Assembly (NCBI GenBank): GCA_963663385.2 | Contig: CAXXXD010000002.1 | Coordinates: 256,001-320,000, forward strand | Source of the DNA: Oceanispirochaeta sp. | Lineage (GTDB): Bacteria > Spirochaetota > Spirochaetia > DSM-2461 | Direction: 5' to 3' | DNA length: 64,000 nt | In this document: positions 62,160 through 64,000 of the stretch, piece by piece | Position numbering within the stretch: position 1 is the first letter of the stretch | Layout: every line of letters starts with the position of its first letter | Notes under the pieces: model-generated | Seen by the model: the letters and a program-made list of their open reading frames with translations, nothing else | The model's database searches: none | Told to the model about the DNA's origin: nothing | Program-made: the position numbers and the translations under genes

Positions 62160-63608
62160 CTACTGCCGCTGAAACCCTGATAGGTTCCCCAATACAGTTT
62201 CAGTCATCTCGCTGTCCATATGGGGTACTTTCCTAATTTCCTTTTTCTGACCTTTGCCAGTTATGGTATGAAGACGCTTTGCGGCTTTAATCCGGTCAAC
62301 CAGCTCTCTCCAGTTATCACGGGACGGGGATTTTATCAGGTTTACGGTCCGGCAGAGGCGGAAGGCCGTAATCAGCTGGGCTGTTGTCAGATTCCTGTTC
62401 CAGGGATAGACCGAGGAGCCGCAGTAAAGGGCAGGATACCCGGGCAGGCCGTTCTGTCCCGGGTGTTGAAAGCCGGGAAGGCCCGGGACGGCATAGAAAG
62501 GGGATATCCCGATTTCGGCGGGCTGTTCCGCCAGAAAAAGGATATTCCCGCAGACCGATTCCACCGTATCCCCGGGCAGGCCGCAGATAAAATAGCAGAT
62601 GGCCGGAATTTCACGGCTTTGAAAATAAGCCAGCAGTTCGGTCAGATGGTCCAGGCGGCTGCTCCTCTGCTGCCGGGCCAGGATCCTGCTGTCTGCGGAA
62701 GCCATGGACAGGTTGAATTTGACAAATCCCCGGTCAATCAGTTTTTCAGCCAGGGGGATTGTGAGTCTCTGGTAGTCCAGTCCGTTTTCGGCTGACAGGG
62801 TGGCCCGGGGATAACGTCTGTGGAACTGTTCCAGAAAGTCTGTAAAATAATCCGCATCCACCAGAAGGTTGTCATCCTCCAGGTTAAGGTGGAACTCTTC
62901 TATCCCGTACGTCTTCAGAATATTCAGGATGGTATCGGAGGAAGTCTTGCGGAACTCCCGTCCCAGTGCCAGGTAGTTGGCGCAGAAGGAACAGCGGCAG
63001 GGGCACCCCCTGGTTAAAAGGGTTGTAAACTGAGGCTTGCCGTGAAAGTCTTCTCCGACCCTGCTGACCACAGGCGTTACAGAAGGGAGATTATCCGGTA
63101 CGCCGGGAAATCCCTTCAGGTTTTCTTCAGCCGGACCGGTTCTTATCTGATCAAACAGACCTGATTTAACAAACCAGCCGGGATTAACCGAAACACCGGC
63201 CCCTCCTATTTCCAGGGGGATCCCGGGCGCCAGCCGGCGGACAGCTTCTGCGGTGGCGCGGGCTTCTCCGGCATAGCACCAGGCAAAACAGCTGATCATA
63301 ATTCTGTCCGGAATGCCTTCCAGGGTAAGACGGGCGCACTCTTTATAATCCGGGCCGTAGTGCTTCCTCTGGCGGAACCAGCTGACCGGGCCGTTCTCTC
63401 CGGGAATAAGGAAATCCTTGAGATAGTTCAGCTCCGTCGGCAGGGGAGGGGTGGATACCTTTTTCTGCCAGACCGGGAAGTTGTAGAGTCTAACCTGATG
63501 ACCGGCGTTTTCCAGTATCTGTTTTACAGAGAGGCAGCCCAGGGCGGCGTGGCGGTGGGGGGTATTATAAAAGTCCCGCACCGGCGGCTGAATAAGGGCG
63601 ATCTTCAT
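62160..63608 (-). CDS. B12-binding-domain radical SAM protein
   Basis: IALIQPP N-terminus, IGGAG, TRGCPCRCSFC (CX3CX2C), EDDN, FICGLPG; start moved to ATG 63608. Confidence 0.88.
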   Translation of the reverse strand: MKIALIQPPVRDFYNTPHRHAALGCLSVKQILENAGHQVRLYNFPVWQKKVSTPPLPTELNYLKDFLIPGENGPVSWFRQRKHYGPDYKECARLTLEGIPDRIMISCFAWCYAGEARATAEAVRRLAPGIPLEIGGAGVSVNPGWFVKSGLFDQIRTGPAEENLKGFPGVPDNLPSVTPVVSRVGEDFHGKPQFTTLLTRGCPCRCSFCANYLALGREFRKTSSDTILNILKTYGIEEFHLNLEDDNLLVDADYFTDFLEQFHRRYPRATLSAENGLDYQRLTIPLAEKLIDRGFVKFNLSMASADSRILARQQRSSRLDHLTELLAYFQSREIPAICYFICGLPGDTVESVCGNILFLAEQPAEIGISPFYAVPGLPGFQHPGQNGLPGYPALYCGSSVYPWNRNLTTAQLITAFRLCRTVNLIKSPSRDNWRELVDRIKAAKRLHTITGKGQKKEIRKVPHMDSEMTETVLGNLSGFQRQ

Positions 63609-64000
63609 CTTTTGCTCCTGCACGGCTTTGGAGTTTTCGAATGTGGGATCATAAATATACCGGATACCATTTTACTAAATGGTAACCGGAAAATCTGAAT
63701 TCTGCCATGCATCTATGAATTTTAAATTTCTAATTTCGATCAACCCGGGGGGCTGCGATGATTCTTTCCGTATCATCGGAATTGCTAGGTGTAACAGGCT
63801 GTTGCTACCCGGAATGCTGATCAGCGGCTGGACTGGAATTACCCCAACTTTATCTGGTCCTGTATACACAATCACGGGCTCAGGATACAACGGATTCGAT
63901 TCCCGGTTTTCGTATTAAACAGAGACTCTTATGCTGGTTTTCTTTTGTTGCGCCAGCATTATCAGCTGTACTGCTGTCGTTAGAAAACAGGCCAGACAGA

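Noticed and set aside
1..64000. CRISPR arrays, tRNA/rRNA, transposases, prophage or recognisable defence genes
   Set aside because: No regularly spaced direct repeats, cloverleaf or rRNA signatures, or such protein motifs were seen by eye; short RNAs could have been missed

Overview
Bacterial chromosomal window. Gene content and protein style suggest a free-living spirochaete (Spirochaetales); this is inference, since no marker gene is present. From left to right it carries: a tightly coupled DUF1295-plsY-plsC-beta-barrel-MFP-RND operon; a REC / hybrid kinase / HD-GYP signalling block; an unlisted 35-aa hyper-acidic peptide gene; a PIG-L deacetylase-GT4-GH100-like operon; glgC, ssb and an APC transporter-PTS EIIA fusion; a decay zone of pseudogene fragments; a LacI-controlled sugar ABC + GH9 cluster with two visible operators; a polar amino-acid ABC transporter with tandem ARG-box-like sites; a heavily deleted NRPS (C-starter, A, E, C and reductase pieces) beside an intact Sfp PPTase and a sensory block; a second RND-MFP-TolC system; trxA and several hypotheticals; glgP and hom; an LpoB/COG3014/LPP20 lipoprotein operon; and a B12-binding radical SAM gene. 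I found no rRNA, tRNA, CRISPR array or intact transposase. All family calls come from motif recognition, not database searches. Where I moved a start codon from the ORF track, I did so on RBS evidence.
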